This document shows, piece after piece, positions 19,363 through 28,575 of a stretch of DNA of 64,000 nucleotides (its first letter is position 1; each line of letters opens with the position of its first letter). The position numbers and the translations under genes are program-made. Below the pieces are notes generated by a model that saw nothing but the letters and a program-made list of their open reading frames with translations, was not told where the DNA came from and ran no database searches. The DNA is from Pirellulales bacterium. Lineage in GTDB: Bacteria; Planctomycetota; Planctomycetia; Pirellulales; JAICIG01. The stretch covers positions 1 to 64,000 of the forward strand of contig JBBDYJ010000038.1 of the NCBI GenBank assembly GCA_040901675.1, given 5' to 3'.

Positions 19363-20009
19363 ACTTCGGCGAATCGCTTGCGTACTGGTACTTTCGTCTG
19401 AATGGCTTCTTCGTCCTGCCCAATTTCGTGCTCCATCATCCCAATCCACTGAGGAAGGAAACTGCCGACGTCGATTTGTTGGCGGTTCGTTTTCCCCACG
19501 TCTTCGAAAAGATCGGTGGTCAGCTCAGCGATTGGGACAACGCACGCTTCGCCCAATGGGGCGTCGATCACGACAGGCAAATCGTCTGTGTCTTATGCGA
19601 AGTGAAGACGGGCTACTATGCTAAGGAGGCAGTGCGTCGTTCGTTCGATCCAGACAGAATGGAATATGCCGTTCGTCGAATAGGCGTTTTGCCGAAAGGG
19701 GCCGCTGCTCATGTCTGCGAGCAACTCGCACGTGAATCAGTCGTTCACCGCGGGAACCATTCCTTTGTAAAGGTGTTGATGGCAAGAGCGAATCGCCAGC
19801 GAAGTAACCTATCGCAGGGCAGGCTGGCAACGGCGTCCTATTGCACGATCGACCTCGAGGAGGCGATCGGATTCATTCGTCAGCGCATGGAGCGATACCG
19901 ACCGGAAAAGATGAGGGGACGGATGTTCTTTCCGTCGGAGTTGATTCAGTACTTGGCCTGGGAGGCTGGTGTTCAGATAGACGACGAAATACTTGAAGAG
20001 GATCGCTAA
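19359..20009 (+). CDS. Putative PD-(D/E)xK nuclease
   Basis: GESLAYWYFRLNGFF, ADVDLLAVR, VLCEVKTG (E..D..ExK). ATGA overlap with the upstream gene. Confidence 0.65.
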   Translation: MNFGESLAYWYFRLNGFFVLPNFVLHHPNPLRKETADVDLLAVRFPHVFEKIGGQLSDWDNARFAQWGVDHDRQIVCVLCEVKTGYYAKEAVRRSFDPDRMEYAVRRIGVLPKGAAAHVCEQLARESVVHRGNHSFVKVLMARANRQRSNLSQGRLATASYCTIDLEEAIGFIRQRMERYRPEKMRGRMFFPSELIQYLAWEAGVQIDDEILEEDR

Positions 20010-20012
20010 GCG

Positions 20013-22601
20013 ATGGCAGGCGTCGCCACCGAATACGTTCGTCAATTGATTGCCAAGCAGGTGGAGGACCACCGGCTGGTGGTCTGGTACGACCCGGAGG
20101 GCGCGTACGGCGAGGTCGCGGGGGAAATCGCCATTCCCAACACGAAGATAGTGAGGTACGAGGGGAGCTTTTTTCGGCTTCGCCGTGAAATCGAGCCACT
20201 GCTGAATGGCCCGCAGCCGCCGCGGCTGGTGGTCTATGTGCCGATGGCCCAGGGCGAGACGCATGACGCCCTGGTCGAGCTGGAAGCGGCGGGCGTGGTG
20301 ATGCAGCCGGGGCAGCAACCGCCCAACCGGAATACACGCCTGGCGATCGTGGGGCGCAACGCGCTTCGGCCGATCCTGGGGGACGAAACGGCGGGAGCGA
20401 TCGAGAAACAGGCCGAGGCGGGCAAGCTGACGCTCGCCGAGCTCAACGCGCTGGGGAACAAGGGGGGCGAAATCTCGACGGGCGTTCTGGCCCTCGTGTT
20501 TGGCAGCGGGAACCCGCAGGATGTGGCTTTGGGCTTCCTGAACAGCGACCGGTTCGACGATGCTGTTCGACAGAAGTCGGCCGCGGGGCAGCTCGCGACG
20601 CTGCTGGAAAACTCGTTCGACGTCGAACTGGCTTCAGACGCTCCGCTGGCCGGCAGCCGGGAGAAACTGGCCCGGCATGTCCTGCTGACGGACTTGGTCC
20701 AGCGACTGGGCTCGTCGGTACCGGGGGCGCTGGAATCGGTGAGCGTGGCGGCCACGGCCAGCGGGATCGACGCCTGTGGGCGCCTGGCGGAGACGTGGCG
20801 GCAATTGCGGGACTACCGCGAGGGTTACGTGGCGGCCGCCAGCAAAGTTGAGCAAGAATTCTCAATCGACCGGATCGAGTTCGATCCCGCCGCAATCGCC
20901 GGCGCGGAAACGTTCCTGGCCGGCGAGCGGGTTCTGATCCGGCACGTCGAGCGGCAACTTTTGCAAGCAGCCGACGAAAAACTGCTGGAGCTGGCCCAGT
21001 CGAGGCTGTCGGCGTTCTGGGCCGGCGCGAACCCGGTGATCCAGGCGCACTGGGCCCTGGTGGCCACGGCGGCCGAGGTGCTATTGGAGGCCGACCGGGT
21101 GGCTGGCGCGCTCAAGCAGCCGCCGACGACTATGGCCGCCCTAGTCGAGGCGTATGCGGGCGGCACGTGGCCATGGTGCCTGCTCGACACCCACCACCGG
21201 CAGATGGAAAGCCGCTGGCACAATTTCGACCCGAGCGAAGGGCATGCCGGGCTGGAAAAGCTGATGGTGAAAGCACGGCAGCGGTACGGCGAGGTCGGCT
21301 CGCAACTGGCCCGGCACTTTGTCGGGGTGTACCAGAAGGCCGGGCATCCGATCGAGAGGGTTTTACGGCAGCGGGATGTGTTCGAAAAGCGGGTGAAGCC
21401 GAAGCTGGGCGAGGGGAAGGCCGCCTACGTTTGGGTCGACGCGCTGCGGTTCGAAATGGCCCGGCAACTGTGCGAGGTGCTGCGGGACGACTTTGATCTG
21501 ACAATCCAGCCGGCCCTGGCGACGGTGCCGACGATCACGGAGATCGGCATGGCGTCGCTGTTGCCCAAGGCCGCCGGAGGGAGGGTAGTTGAGGCGGGTG
21601 GCGGGAAACTGGCGCTGTCGATCGAAGGGAGCCTGATCAAGGACCGGAAGGACCGCGTGGCTTTCCTGAAGCAGCACGCGGGCGCGAGAGTGTTCGATGC
21701 CAGGCTCGACGACCTGTTGCCCAAGGCGTCGAAAAAAGTGCGCGACGGCGTCAAGGACGCCCAGTTGGTGCTGATCACGTCGCAGGAGATCGACGAGCTG
21801 TGCGAGAAGGACAATATCGCCCAGGCGCGGCGGCAGATGGACGGCGTGCTGGTTGACCTTCGGCGGGCAGTCCGCGTGTTGAGCAACGAGCTGGGCATCG
21901 GCACGATCATCCTGGCCGCCGATCACGGACACCTGTTCGGCGAGGAAATCAGCGACGACATGAAGATCGAAGCCCCCGGGGGCGAGACGGCCGATTTGCA
22001 CCGGCGGGTGTGGGTGGGCGTGGGGGGAACTTCCGAGCCGTCTTACCTGCGGACTTCGCTTGCCTCGCTGGGGGTCGAGAGCGAGCTGGACATCGCCACT
22101 CCCTGGACGTTTGCCTGCTTCAAGTCGAAGGGGGGCGCCCGGGCCTATTTCCACGGGGGCATGTCGCCCCAGGAGCTGATCGTGCCGGTAGTGGTGATGA
22201 TGTCGGCCGCGAGGCCCGCGGGGCCGCCCGCCCAAATCTTCTGGACATTGACTCCCGGCACGGCGAAACTGACCACGCGGTTCTTCTCCGTCCAGATCGC
22301 GGGCACGCAGGCGGAAAGCAGCCTGTTTGGCTTCGAGGCGCCAAAAGTGCGGATAGAAATCCGGGCCAATAAGAAGTGCGTGTCCGTCCCGGTCAGCGCG
22401 TCGTACGGGTTCGAGGACGCCACCGGAGAGGTGAAACTGCGCTTGGCCGAAAGGGATCCGAAGCGAATCGATCCCAACACGGTGACGGTGATGCTGGCGG
22501 AGGACGTGCCGCAAAAGACGGTAGGCGTGTACCTGGTCGATGCCGCGACGGGCGCGGAACTGGCCAGGCTCGACGCGATCGAAGTGGCCATCTCCATTTG
22601 A
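20013..22601 (+). CDS. pglZ: BREX PglZ alkaline-phosphatase-family protein
   Basis: LVVWYDP N-terminus, VWVDALRFE, VPTITEIGMASLLP, AADHGH, YFHGGMSPQELIVP. Confidence 0.93.
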   Translation: MAGVATEYVRQLIAKQVEDHRLVVWYDPEGAYGEVAGEIAIPNTKIVRYEGSFFRLRREIEPLLNGPQPPRLVVYVPMAQGETHDALVELEAAGVVMQPGQQPPNRNTRLAIVGRNALRPILGDETAGAIEKQAEAGKLTLAELNALGNKGGEISTGVLALVFGSGNPQDVALGFLNSDRFDDAVRQKSAAGQLATLLENSFDVELASDAPLAGSREKLARHVLLTDLVQRLGSSVPGALESVSVAATASGIDACGRLAETWRQLRDYREGYVAAASKVEQEFSIDRIEFDPAAIAGAETFLAGERVLIRHVERQLLQAADEKLLELAQSRLSAFWAGANPVIQAHWALVATAAEVLLEADRVAGALKQPPTTMAALVEAYAGGTWPWCLLDTHHRQMESRWHNFDPSEGHAGLEKLMVKARQRYGEVGSQLARHFVGVYQKAGHPIERVLRQRDVFEKRVKPKLGEGKAAYVWVDALRFEMARQLCEVLRDDFDLTIQPALATVPTITEIGMASLLPKAAGGRVVEAGGGKLALSIEGSLIKDRKDRVAFLKQHAGARVFDARLDDLLPKASKKVRDGVKDAQLVLITSQEIDELCEKDNIAQARRQMDGVLVDLRRAVRVLSNELGIGTIILAADHGHLFGEEISDDMKIEAPGGETADLHRRVWVGVGGTSEPSYLRTSLASLGVESELDIATPWTFACFKSKGGARAYFHGGMSPQELIVPVVVMMSAARPAGPPAQIFWTLTPGTAKLTTRFFSVQIAGTQAESSLFGFEAPKVRIEIRANKKCVSVPVSASYGFEDATGEVKLRLAERDPKRIDPNTVTVMLAEDVPQKTVGVYLVDAATGAELARLDAIEVAISI

Positions 22602-22613
22602 AGGGGCGCTTGC

Positions 22614-24641
22614 ATGCCGCAACTCGACAAGAAGGCCGCGTCGGTGTTCGCCGGGAAGGTGGTCCGCAAGGACCTCGTCCGCAAGGTGAAGGTCGGCGCA
22701 AACGTGCCGGTGTTCGTGCTGGAGTACCTGCTCGGCAAGTACTGCGCCACGGATGATTCCGCGGCCATTGACGCGGGGCTGCGCGTGGTCAACACGACGC
22801 TGACGGAGAATTTCGTCCGTCCGGACGAAGCCAACGCGGTGCAATCGAGGGTGAAGGACAAGGGCAAGTACACGCTGATCGACAAGGTGAAGGTCCGCTA
22901 CCTGTCGGACGACGACAAGCACTGGGCCGAGCTGGTGAATTTTGGGCACAACCACGTCCACGTGCCGGAGCGCTACCTGCGGGACTACGACCGGCTGCTG
23001 ATGGGGGGGATCTGGGCCCAGATCGATATCCGGCACCAGTACGACGAGGACCAGAAGGGGAAGCGGAGCCCTTTCTGGATCGACAGCCTCAAGCCGATCC
23101 AGCTTGCCAGTTTCGATCTGGACGAGTACCGGACCTGCCGGCGCGAGTTCACGGCCGATGAGTGGATCGACCTCTTGCTGCGGACGATCGGGCTGGAGCC
23201 GTCGCACTTTGCTCGCCGGCTGAAGCTGTTGTTCCTGGCGCGGCTGCTGCCGCTTTGCGAGCACAACTACAACCTGGTGGAACTGGGGCCGCGGGGGACC
23301 GGCAAGAGCTACGCCTACCAGGAGCTTTCGCCGTACGCGATCCTGCTGACGGGGCCGACGACGGTGGCGAACCTGTTTTACAACATGGCGACGGGCAAGA
23401 TGGGGCTGGTGGGGATCTGGGACGCGATCGGCTTCGACGAGGTGGCCGATCTGCAGAAGATGCCGAAGGAAGTGGTGACGACGCTGAAGACGTACTGCGA
23501 ATCGGGCATGTTCGCGCGCGGCAAGGACGCCCTGTCGGGGATGGCCTCGATTGCGATGTTCGGCAACACGAACCAGCCGGTCGAGGTGATGGTCCGTTCG
23601 TCGCACCTGTTCATGCCGATGCCGGACGTTATCCGGGAGGACATGGCGTTTATCGACCGGCTGCACTTTTACGTGCCGGGGTGGGAAGTGCCCAAGATGC
23701 GGGTCGAGTTTTTTACCGACCATTACGGGTTCGTGGTGGATTACCTGGCCGAGGCGCTGCGGGAGCTGCGGAAGCACAACTTCACGGAGGTGATCGACCG
23801 GTATTTTTCGCTGGGCGGGCACCTGAACGCGCGGGACGTGAAGGCGGTGCGCAAGACGGTGTCGGGCCTGGTGAAGCTGGTGTACCCGCACGGGGAGGTG
23901 ACGCGGGACGACGTGGCGGAGCTGGTCGAGGCGGCGCTGGAGGGGCGGCGGCGGGTCAAGGAGCAACTGAAGAAGATGGGCTCGTTCGAGTACCACCAGA
24001 CGTCGTTTTCGTATATCGACAACGAGACGAGGGAGGAGCGGTTCGTGGGGGTGCCCGAGCAGGGAGGCCGGGACATGATCTCGACCGACCCGCTTTCTCC
24101 GGGGTCGATCTACACGGCCTCGGTCGACGACCAGGGGAAGGTGGGGCTGTACCGGCTGGAAGTGGGGTGCTCGCCCGGCACGGGGAAACTGAAGATCGCG
24201 GGTGGGGTGGATGGGGTAATGAAGGAGTCGATCCAGCGGGCGTTTGCGTACCTGGCTGGGCACAAGCCGCAGATGGGGGTGGCGCAGCAGATCGACACGA
24301 CGGACTTCCACGTCGAGGCGATCGACCTGTTGAGCAACCACGTGCCGTGCGAGGCGGGGATTGCCCTGGTCGTGGCGGTGTATTCGGCGATCAAGAGGCA
24401 CTCGGTGCAGTCGGGGCTGGTGATCCTGGGCGACCTGAGCATCCAGGGGAACATCAAGCCGGTGAAATCGCTGGCCGAGCCGTTGCAGGTGGCGATGGAC
24501 AACGGCGCCCGGCGGGCTTTAGTTCCGCTGGAGAACAAGCGGAATTTCCTGGAGGTGGCGGGAGACATCGTGGAGCGGGTGGATCCGATATTTTATTCCG
24601 ACCCGATGATGGCGGCGATGAAGGGGCTGGGGATGGTGTGA
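22614..24641 (+). CDS. brxL: BREX Lon-like protein BrxL
   Basis: FAGKVVRKDL, ANVPVFVLEYLLGKYC, NYNLVELGPRGTGKSY, WDAIGFDEVA, AFIDRLH, EGRRRVKEQLKK, C-terminal Lon-like domain. The Lon GPSAG serine position appears to read PCEAG. Confidence 0.95.
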   Translation: MPQLDKKAASVFAGKVVRKDLVRKVKVGANVPVFVLEYLLGKYCATDDSAAIDAGLRVVNTTLTENFVRPDEANAVQSRVKDKGKYTLIDKVKVRYLSDDDKHWAELVNFGHNHVHVPERYLRDYDRLLMGGIWAQIDIRHQYDEDQKGKRSPFWIDSLKPIQLASFDLDEYRTCRREFTADEWIDLLLRTIGLEPSHFARRLKLLFLARLLPLCEHNYNLVELGPRGTGKSYAYQELSPYAILLTGPTTVANLFYNMATGKMGLVGIWDAIGFDEVADLQKMPKEVVTTLKTYCESGMFARGKDALSGMASIAMFGNTNQPVEVMVRSSHLFMPMPDVIREDMAFIDRLHFYVPGWEVPKMRVEFFTDHYGFVVDYLAEALRELRKHNFTEVIDRYFSLGGHLNARDVKAVRKTVSGLVKLVYPHGEVTRDDVAELVEAALEGRRRVKEQLKKMGSFEYHQTSFSYIDNETREERFVGVPEQGGRDMISTDPLSPGSIYTASVDDQGKVGLYRLEVGCSPGTGKLKIAGGVDGVMKESIQRAFAYLAGHKPQMGVAQQIDTTDFHVEAIDLLSNHVPCEAGIALVVAVYSAIKRHSVQSGLVILGDLSIQGNIKPVKSLAEPLQVAMDNGARRALVPLENKRNFLEVAGDIVERVDPIFYSDPMMAAMKGLGMV

Positions 24642-24663
24642 TTCCCGCGCAATGAACGTGGCA

Positions 24664-25486
24664 ATGCCTGAAGAAAACGCTCATGACGTTGTTTACATCC
24701 CGATCCCGTTCGGCCTAGTGGGACAATGGTTGCAGTCCGAGCGGTGGAAGCAGAACGACTCCTCCTTTAAAAAAGCTTAACACCGGCCTCAATAACTGGG
24801 ACGGTCGCTGGTCCATGTTGCAATGGGTGACGGAGAAGGTTGTCGAGGATCACGCAGTCGCGAGCGAAGCTCCTCGGAACTACATGAGGGATGTGAGCCT
24901 CGAATACCACCTGACGTTTTGGTTCCTGCCGGCCCGGCTTTGCTACGACACCATTGCGTATCTCGCTGTCCAAATGGTAGCGGACGGCGACCGTGGGAAG
25001 CTGTCTGCGCTCAGCTTCAACGATCTCTCTGGAGCCAAAGAAAAAGCCGCTTTCCGGGACATCACGAAGAACGTCCTGAGGATCGTAAAGGAAGCGAAGC
25101 ACACCTTTGTTGAACTGAAAACCATCCGAGACAGCTTGGTTCATTTTGTTGGACGCCCAGGAAATGAGGTTGAAGCGCCGAAACGGATCAACATCAATTT
25201 CTCTAACGTCGAAGGCGTGAAGTTTACAGTGCAAGCATCTCGCTTCGCGGACGAATATGGCTCCGTTGACAAATGGCCTGTTCGGCAAACGCTGCGCAAG
25301 CACTTTCGGCTTCTTTACGAAATCGCCGGGCGGCTTGAGTGTTGCTTTCTGGACCACACTGCCATGGAAAAGCTGCCAGGAGCCTACCGATTCATGAGGC
25401 GGTCAATGTTCGATTTCCTCGATGTTGCCAATGTCGAGGATTTCAGTCACCCGAAATGGGCAAAGAGCGATATCGACGCGCAGTGA
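24664..25486 (+). pseudogene. HEPN-like protein split by a +1 frameshift in an A6 run
   Basis: ORF 24664-24780 (MPEENAHD...SFKKA*) joins the 24815-25486 frame (KTIRDSLVH, RxxxxH) if one A is removed from A6 at 24769-24774. Confidence 0.55.
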
Positions 25487-25525
25487 TTTGCGCGCGATGC
25501 GGCTAGTAACTTTGATGGAGCCTTT

Positions 25526-26171
25526 GTGGCCAAGCGAATCAATCCGTCGAATCTGAGGTCGCCGGCGCAGATCGGGCAGGCTTGCCGGCTGGATGACCTG
25601 GATGGCTGGTTTGCAGACGAGTTGCGCGCGGTGAAGGACGCGGCGGTCCAAAGGGCCGTGCGGGACGTGGCGTCGAATCTCGATGCGTTCGTCCAATGGC
25701 CGCGGGAGGCGGTGCTGCTGTGGCCGGGCTGCTGCCGGACGAGCAAGTACCACTGCTACCCGGAGGCGATCAAAGTCTCGGCCAAGGCGGCCAAGATTCG
25801 GCTTGATACGCGTAGCAACGGCCCGGCAGTCGTCGCGTTTTTGCACGGTGGCGGAAAACGGCCGTTGCGGGAAGGCAGCCGGAATCAGTGGTCGATCCAT
25901 CATCTGTACTTCGGCAGGTTTCCGTAGACCGGCAGGACCGAGACGTTGCACGCGGCCAAGGACGGAAGCCATTTTACGCAGAGCGCGGGGGTGGTGGCCG
26001 TACACCCGATCGCCGACGCAGCATGCGACGAGTTCGCGTGCTTTGCCTGGCTGCTCAGGGCCGAGGCCTTCAAGCGGTCCGGACCACGTGTTCGATGCCG
26101 GCGAGCATGACGAGTATGGGTTCGCGCCGCCGAGAACGTGCGAGGTTATTCGGATGCCGACGAGCGTGTAG
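25526..26171 (+). pseudogene. Hypothetical (possible HNH-like) protein with in-frame stop and frameshift
   Basis: Reads ...NQWSIHHLYFGRFP*TGRTETLHAAKDGSHFTQSAGVVAVHPIADAACDEF...AEAFKR, then continues in another frame PDHVFDAGEHDEYGF. Confidence 0.6.
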
Positions 26172-26226
26172 AGGCAGGAAGACCGATGGGGCGATGAGGC
26201 GATCAGGGCGATGGGGCGATGGGGGG

Positions 26227-26354
26227 AAGGGGGGGAGGCTTCCAGGGACTGAAGTGCCTGGCAACGTCCGCGCGCCCTACGGGCGAAAAAGGAAAGGGGG
26301 GGAGGCTTCCAGGGACTGAAGTCCCTGGCAACGATCGTGCGCCCTTCGGGCGAA
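26227..26354. repeat. Two copies of a palindromic REP-like unit (67-bp period)
   Basis: AAGGGGGGGAGGCTTCCAGGGACTGAAGT[G/C]CCTGGCAACG...CGCCCT[A/T]CGGGCGAA at 26227 and 26294. Confidence 0.85.
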
Positions 26355-26392
26355 GAAGGGTCCGGCTACGGGTACACCCAGTGGTCAGTGGT

Positions 26393-26498
26393 TCCGCCGG
26401 AGGCGGACTTGCACACAGGTCCACCGGAGGCGGACTTGCAGCACAGGTCCACCGGAGGCGGACTTGCAGCACAGGTCCACCGGAGGCGGACTTTCAGC
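26393..26498. repeat. Four tandem 27-28 bp hairpin repeats
   Basis: TCC[A/G]CCGGAGGCGGACTTGCAGCACAGG x4 with no spacers. The same family occurs inverted at 52669-52724. Confidence 0.9.
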
Positions 26499-26596
26499 GA
26501 CGGGCCAGACGACTGGAACTCCTCTGCTTGTCGTTCTTCGCGTGCTTGGGCACAATGGACCACGTTGGTCCCGCGACCAACCCGCCCCGCTACACA

Positions 26597-26640
26597 GGAC
26601 AGGGAATACGGGACAGGGGACAGGGGACAGGGGACAGGGG
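26597..26640. repeat. Tandem heptamer array (GGGACAG)n
   Basis: Repeated GGGACAG units. Confidence 0.85.
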
Positions 26641-26676
26641 AAAACATACGCTTGCCTTCCTAGGGAATCTCCGCCG

Positions 26677-28494
26677 ATGACCGGTTCGCTCGCCCCGGAT
26701 GATGTTCAGTCGTCGATCGCTCTGCTCAAGACGGCCGTGGCCAACGGGCGGCTTAGCGCGTCGGCCGCCCAGAACATCCATGCCTGGCTGACGGAGCCGC
26801 GCTATGCCGACTACGCCCGGCAGGTCGCCGAGCACCTGGCCGCCGGCAAGTGGCAGCAACTGGACGATGTCTTCTGGACGGTCATCCCCTTCGGAACCGG
26901 CGGGCGGCGGGGCAAGATGTACGCAATCGGCTCGAACGCCATCAACGACCGCACCATCGGCGAAAGCGCCCAGGGCCTGGCCGCCTACGCCAGCGAGCAA
27001 CACACGGCGGACGGGCCGCTGGCGTGCGCGATCGCCTACGATACGCGGCACCAGTCGCGGCACTTCGCCGAGCTGTGCGCCGAGGTGATGGCCGCCAACG
27101 GTTTCGTCGTTCATTTTCTCGACGGCTATCGCAGCACGCCCGAGCTGTCGTTTGCCGTGCGTCACCAGCGGTGCTCGTGCGGCATCATGGTCACGGCCAG
27201 CCATAATCCTCCCAGCGACAACGCGGTCAAGGCCTATTGGTCGACCGGCGGCCAGTTGCTGCCCCCACACGACCAGGGCGTGATCGACAAGGTCATGAAC
27301 GTGACGACGATCGAGCGCGTGCCGTTTGCCGACGCGCTGGCGCGCGGCCAGGTGAGATACTGCCAGGAGGAGGTCGATCCGCTCTATCTGCGGGCCGTAC
27401 AGGCGCAGGGACTGCCGGGGCCGCGGCACTTGAAGGTGCTCTACTCGCCCATGCACGGAGTGGGGGCGTCGAACGTCTGCCCGGTGCTCGCCGAAGCCGG
27501 TTTTAACCAGGTCGAGGTGTTCGGGCCGCATGCCGCGCCCGACGGCGATTTTCCAAATGTTCCGGACCACGTCGCCAACCCCGAAAACCCGGCCACGTTC
27601 GACGCCATGATCGAGCACGCCCGCAAGACCGGCGCCGACATCATCCTCTCCACCGATCCGGACGCCGACCGCCTCGGCTGCGCCGCGCCCCTGGTCCCCG
27701 GCGGAGACTGGCAAACCTTCACGGGAAACCAGATCGGCGCCCTGTTGACCGAGCACCTCCTCGAAGGCCGCAAATACGCGGGCGTCCTTTCCCAGCGTGA
27801 TTACGTGGTCAAGACGCTGGTCACCAGCGAGGTGATTCGCCGCATCGCCGACTCCTACGACGTCCGCACGTTTGGCGACCTGCAAGTCGGCTTCAAATGG
27901 ATCGCGGGCGTCATCGACGCCGTCGGCCCGGAGCACTTCCTGCTCGGCGTCGAAGAATCGCACGGCTACCTGGCCGGCACCTATGCCCGCGACAAGGACG
28001 CCGCCGTCGCCGCCCTGCTGATGGCCGAGCTGGCGGCCCGCGCCAAGGCCGCCGGGCAGACCTTGCACCAGAAGCTCGATGCCTTGTACTGGCAGCATGG
28101 CTGCCACGCGGAGCGGACCGTTTCCAAGACCATGCCCGGCAGCAAGGGCATGGCCCGCATGCAGTTGCTCATGACGGCGCTGCGGCACGAGCCGCCCCGA
28201 ACCCTGGCCGGCCTCAAGGTGCGGCAGTGCCGCGACTACCAACAGCGCCTGGTCCGCACCGCCGCTGGCCCGCCGAGCCCGCTCGAAGGACCCCAGGCCG
28301 ACATGGTGGTCTTCGACCTGGCGGCCGAGGGCAACTACGTGGCCGTCCGCCCGTCGGGCACGGAGCCCAAGGTCAAGTTCTACCTGTTCGCCTACGAGCC
28401 GCCCGAAATGCTGGCCGACCTGGAGCTGACCAAGGCCCAGTTGGCGGGCCGCCTGGACCACCTCCAGCGCGATCTGTTCGCCATGGCCGAGTAA
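26677..28494 (+). CDS. Phosphoglucomutase/phosphomannomutase family protein
   Basis: FGTGGRRG, VTASHNP, DPDADR, GVEESHG, RDKDA, VRPSGTEPKVKFY. Start at ATG 26677. Confidence 0.95.
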   Translation: MTGSLAPDDVQSSIALLKTAVANGRLSASAAQNIHAWLTEPRYADYARQVAEHLAAGKWQQLDDVFWTVIPFGTGGRRGKMYAIGSNAINDRTIGESAQGLAAYASEQHTADGPLACAIAYDTRHQSRHFAELCAEVMAANGFVVHFLDGYRSTPELSFAVRHQRCSCGIMVTASHNPPSDNAVKAYWSTGGQLLPPHDQGVIDKVMNVTTIERVPFADALARGQVRYCQEEVDPLYLRAVQAQGLPGPRHLKVLYSPMHGVGASNVCPVLAEAGFNQVEVFGPHAAPDGDFPNVPDHVANPENPATFDAMIEHARKTGADIILSTDPDADRLGCAAPLVPGGDWQTFTGNQIGALLTEHLLEGRKYAGVLSQRDYVVKTLVTSEVIRRIADSYDVRTFGDLQVGFKWIAGVIDAVGPEHFLLGVEESHGYLAGTYARDKDAAVAALLMAELAARAKAAGQTLHQKLDALYWQHGCHAERTVSKTMPGSKGMARMQLLMTALRHEPPRTLAGLKVRQCRDYQQRLVRTAAGPPSPLEGPQADMVVFDLAAEGNYVAVRPSGTEPKVKFYLFAYEPPEMLADLELTKAQLAGRLDHLQRDLFAMAE

Positions 28495-28500
28495 TACATG

Positions 28501-28558
28501 TGTCATTTGTCATTTGGTCATTGGTCATTGGTCATTGGTCATTTGTCATTCGTCATTC
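28501..28558. repeat. Tandem heptamer array (TT[G/T]GTCA)n
   Basis: About 8 copies. Confidence 0.9.
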
Positions 28559-28575
28559 GCAACCCCACGATCCAA

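Noticed and set aside
7176..24401. Very long antisense ORFs (7176-10280, 21363-24401; likewise 26590-28506, 28605-30848, 34924-36972)
   Set aside because: They are shadows of GC-rich sense genes that carry clear motifs, and have no motifs of their own.
24766..24775. Programmed -1 frameshift at TTTAAAAAAG
   Set aside because: Joining the two frames needs +1, not -1.
26393..26498. 28-bp repeats as a CRISPR array
   Set aside because: The units abut with no unique spacers, no cas genes are present, and the same unit recurs at 52669.
26464..26676. N-terminal extensions in the ORF track (phosphomutase; also pyrG, helicase, anti-sigma, ATPase)
   Set aside because: They run through repeats or neighbouring genes, and downstream starts fit the family N-termini better.
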